A DNA stretch of 48,626 bases, taken from contig JBBQJN010000001.1 in NCBI GenBank assembly GCA_038325945.1, positions 1 through 48,626 on the forward strand, read 5' to 3'. This document shows, piece by piece, positions 45,930 through 48,626 of this stretch (position 1 is the first letter of the stretch; every line of letters begins with the position of its first letter). The DNA is from Burkholderiales bacterium (GTDB taxonomy: Bacteria > Pseudomonadota > Gammaproteobacteria > Burkholderiales > Burkholderiaceae_C). The notes below the pieces were generated by a model. That model searched no databases. It had not been told where the DNA came from and saw only the letters and a list, made by a program, of their open reading frames with translations. A program made the position numbers and the translations under genes.

Positions 45930-48626
45930 TTACCAGGGATCGACAAAGCGGCTGCCATGGCGTGGCCGAGGGCGGGTGCAGCTGTCGAGGCCGCGAATCA
46001 ACCAGGCGCGGGTCTCGGCGGGGTCGATCACCGCGTCGATCTCCAGATGCGTGGCCATGTTGATGGCCGAGCCGTTGGCGTACTGGCGCGCCACCAGCTG
46101 CTGGTACAGCGCCTCGCGGGTTCTTTCGCCATCTGGCCCCGCTGCGGCGGCTTCCAACTCCTTGCGGTAGCCTAGCTTTACCGCGCCCTCCAGCCCCATG
46201 CCGCCAAATTCACCGCTCGGCCAGGCGACGGTGAACACCGGTGCATCAAAGCCGCCCACCGCCATCGCCTGCGCGCCCAGGCCGTAGCCCTTGCGCACCA
46301 CCACCGTGAAGCAAGGCACCTGCAGATGCGCGGCGGTAACAAACAGCCGGCTGGCATGGCGCACCTGGGCTTGGCGCTCAACCTCGGGGCCGACCATGAA
46401 GCCCGGCGTGTCGCACAGGCTGAGCAGCGGCAGGCCATGCGCGTTGCACAACTGCATGAAACGCGCGGCCTTGTCGGCACCATCGGGGTCGATCGCACCA
46501 CCCAGGTGATGCGGGTTGTTGGCGAAGATGCCGATCGGCCGGCCCTCAATGCGCGCCAGCGCGGTGACCATGCCGGCGCCCCAGCCGCGGCGCAGCTCGA
46601 GCACGCTGCCGCTATCGGCCAGCGCGGCCAGCACGGCGCGCATGTCGTAGACACGCAGCCGGTTCTCGGGCACCAGGTGGCGCAGCGCGCGGGCGTCGCC
46701 GGCCTGCCAGCCTGGCACGCGGCCCTGGAAGTAGCCCAGGTATTGCTTGGCGGTGGCCACCGCTGCGGCCTCGTCGGCCACCAGGATGTCGATCACGCCG
46801 TTGTGGTGCAGGTCGGCGGCGGGGCCGATCTCCTCGGGCCGGTAGAGGCCCAGGCCGCCGCCCTCGATCATCGCCGGCCCACCCAGGCCGATGTTGGCGG
46901 CGGCGGTGGCGATGATCACGTCGGCGCAGCCCAGCAGCGCGGCATTGCCGGCAAAGCAGCGGCCATGCACCACGCCGACCACCGGCACCTGGCCCGACAG
47001 CGCGGCAAACTGGCTGAAGGTGTGGTTGTTCAGCCCGGCGACGATCGGCATGTCGACATCGCCGGGCCGGCCGCCGCCGCCCTCGGCAAACAGCACCATC
47101 GGCAGCTGCCACTGCTGTGCCAGGCCCAGCAGCCGGTCTTTCTTCTGGTGGTTGCGCCAGCCCTGCGTGCCGGCCAGCACGGTGTAGTCGTAGGCCATCA
47201 CCGCGCAGCGGCTGCGCTCGGGGCCATGCTCGGCGGCGTTGATGGTGCCGATGCCGGTGACCATGCCGTCGGCCGGCGTATTGCGGATCAGGTCGTCGAG
47301 CGTGCGGCGGCGGGTTTGTGCGGCGATGGCGTAGCCGCCGTACTCGCTGAACGAGCCTGGGTCGCAGAGATCGGCGATGTTTTCGCGCGCGCTACGGCCG
47401 CCGGCGGCATGGCGGCGGGCCACCGCCTCGGGGCGGGCGGCGTCCTGCAGCAGCGCGTCACGCTCAAGCACACGCTGCAGGTCGGCGCGGATGTGGCCGA
47501 GGTCGTGCGCCTGGGCTTCGGCGGCCAGTGCCTGCGCTTGCTCGACCGGCTGCAGCGCCATCAGCAACTGGCCTTCGGCCACGTAGTCGCCCGCTGCCAC
47601 CGCCAGCGTCACCACCCGGCCGGCCGCCGGCAGGTTGATGCCATGCTGCATCTTCATGGCCTCGAGCACCAGGGCCTCGGCGCCGGCAGCCAGGGTGTCG
47701 CCGGGCGCGGCGTTGAACTGCACCAGCTTGCCGGCCATGCTGGCGCGCAGCGCCAACTGGTTATCGGGCAGCGCCGCGTCGGCCGGCCGCGCTGCTGCCG
47801 CGCCGGCCGGGTTGGCTGGGCTGGCCGCGAGGTGCGGCTGGGCATCGTCGTGATCGGCCAGCCGCGACTGCAGCGCCGGCCACTCAGCCTCCAGCCAACG
47901 GGTGTGGATGCGCTGGTGTGCCAGATCGTCATGCGCGGCCAGCGCGCGCAGCAGCGGCAGGTTGCTGGCCAGGCCGTCGAGCCGGCACTCGGCCAGCGCA
48001 CGCTGCGAGCGGCGCAGCGCCTGCGCAAAGTTGCCCGGGTGGTGCACGATCAGCTTGGCCAGCAGGCTGTCGTAGTGCGGTGACGGCGCCAGCCCGGCAA
48101 AGGCCTGGCTGTCGATTCGCACACCCGGCCCCTGGGCAAAGTCGCAGCGCGTGATCAAGCCGGACGCCGGCCGCGCCTGACCTTGCTCATCCAGCGTTTC
48201 AGCGTTGATGCGCCACTGCAGCGCAAAGCCGCGGGCGGCTGGTGGCTGCGCCGGGTCCAGCCCCAGCGCAGCCAGCGTGCTGCCGGCGGCCACAGCGATC
48301 TGCGCGGCCACCAGATCGACACCGGTCACCGCCTCGGTGATGGTGTGCTCTACCTGCAGCCGCGGGTTGGCCTCGATGAAGACAAACGGCAGGGCGGTGG
48401 ACGATTCGTCGAGCAGAAACTCGAAAGTGCCCAAACCCTGGTAAGCGCTGCAGCGCGCCAGCGTCAGCGCGGCGTTGATCAACTGCTCGCGCAGGGCCGG
48501 CGCCAGCCGCGGGCTGGGCGCAATTTCCACCAGCTTCTGAAAGCGCCGCTGCAGCGTGCATTCACGCTCGCCCAGGCTCATCACCTGGCGGCCGTCGCCC
48601 AGCACCTGCACCTCAAGGTGGCGGGC
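45930..48626 (-). CDS. Single-chain biotin-dependent acyl-CoA carboxylase (BC-BCCP-CT); 5' end outside window
   Basis: ERECTLQRRFQK, EANPRLQVEH, EAMKMQ, then CT motifs YDYTVLAGTQG, EGGGGRPGD, CDTPGFMVG in one frame. Confidence 0.93.
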   Translation of the reverse strand, partial: ARHLEVQVLGDGRQVMSLGERECTLQRRFQKLVEIAPSPRLAPALREQLINAALTLARCSAYQGLGTFEFLLDESSTALPFVFIEANPRLQVEHTITEAVTGVDLVAAQIAVAAGSTLAALGLDPAQPPAARGFALQWRINAETLDEQGQARPASGLITRCDFAQGPGVRIDSQAFAGLAPSPHYDSLLAKLIVHHPGNFAQALRRSQRALAECRLDGLASNLPLLRALAAHDDLAHQRIHTRWLEAEWPALQSRLADHDDAQPHLAASPANPAGAAAARPADAALPDNQLALRASMAGKLVQFNAAPGDTLAAGAEALVLEAMKMQHGINLPAAGRVVTLAVAAGDYVAEGQLLMALQPVEQAQALAAEAQAHDLGHIRADLQRVLERDALLQDAARPEAVARRHAAGGRSARENIADLCDPGSFSEYGGYAIAAQTRRRTLDDLIRNTPADGMVTGIGTINAAEHGPERSRCAVMAYDYTVLAGTQGWRNHQKKDRLLGLAQQWQLPMVLFAEGGGGRPGDVDMPIVAGLNNHTFSQFAALSGQVPVVGVVHGRCFAGNAALLGCADVIIATAAANIGLGGPAMIEGGGLGLYRPEEIGPAADLHHNGVIDILVADEAAAVATAKQYLGYFQGRVPGWQAGDARALRHLVPENRLRVYDMRAVLAALADSGSVLELRRGWGAGMVTALARIEGRPIGIFANNPHHLGGAIDPDGADKAARFMQLCNAHGLPLLSLCDTPGFMVGPEVERQAQVRHASRLFVTAAHLQVPCFTVVVRKGYGLGAQAMAVGGFDAPVFTVAWPSGEFGGMGLEGAVKLGYRKELEAAAAGPDGERTREALYQQLVARQYANGSAINMATHLEIDAVIDPAETRAWLIRGLDSCTRPRPRHGSRFVDPW

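Overview
High-GC betaproteobacterial chromosome segment; gene content and protein style suggest Burkholderiales (Rubrivivax/Ideonella-like), which is an inference. Most of it is core housekeeping: glmU, udg-rimI-tsaB, tsaC, purKE, cnoX, yajC-secDF, smg-dprA-LysM, def-fmt-htpX, ttcA-folB, cca, slt, 5-formyl-THF cyclo-ligase, the leucine catabolism genes mccB/mccA/hmgL behind a LiuR-type palindrome, and a single-chain acyl-CoA carboxylase. I saw no rRNA, tRNA, CRISPR array, transposase or integrase. The unusual signal lies at gene junctions. (1) Between mccB and mccA sit a vapBC pair, a probable GNAT remnant and three 121-bp units. Each unit re-creates the RBS and first 11 codons of mccA, carries two GCA-loop hairpins and encodes a coupled 42-aa peptide. 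The last unit ends in an 18/19-bp antisense copy of mccA sequence spanning the repeat breakpoint. (2) Two ~71-bp palindromic units sit at an ATGA stop/start overlap between folB and ttcA and preserve translational coupling. (3) Further palindromic and short tandem repeats occur at gene ends, several placing stop codons in all three frames. Also notable are a three-gene split cholesterol-oxidase-like cluster, a SemiSWEET remnant and catalytic-motif substitutions in the UDG and SGNH proteins.
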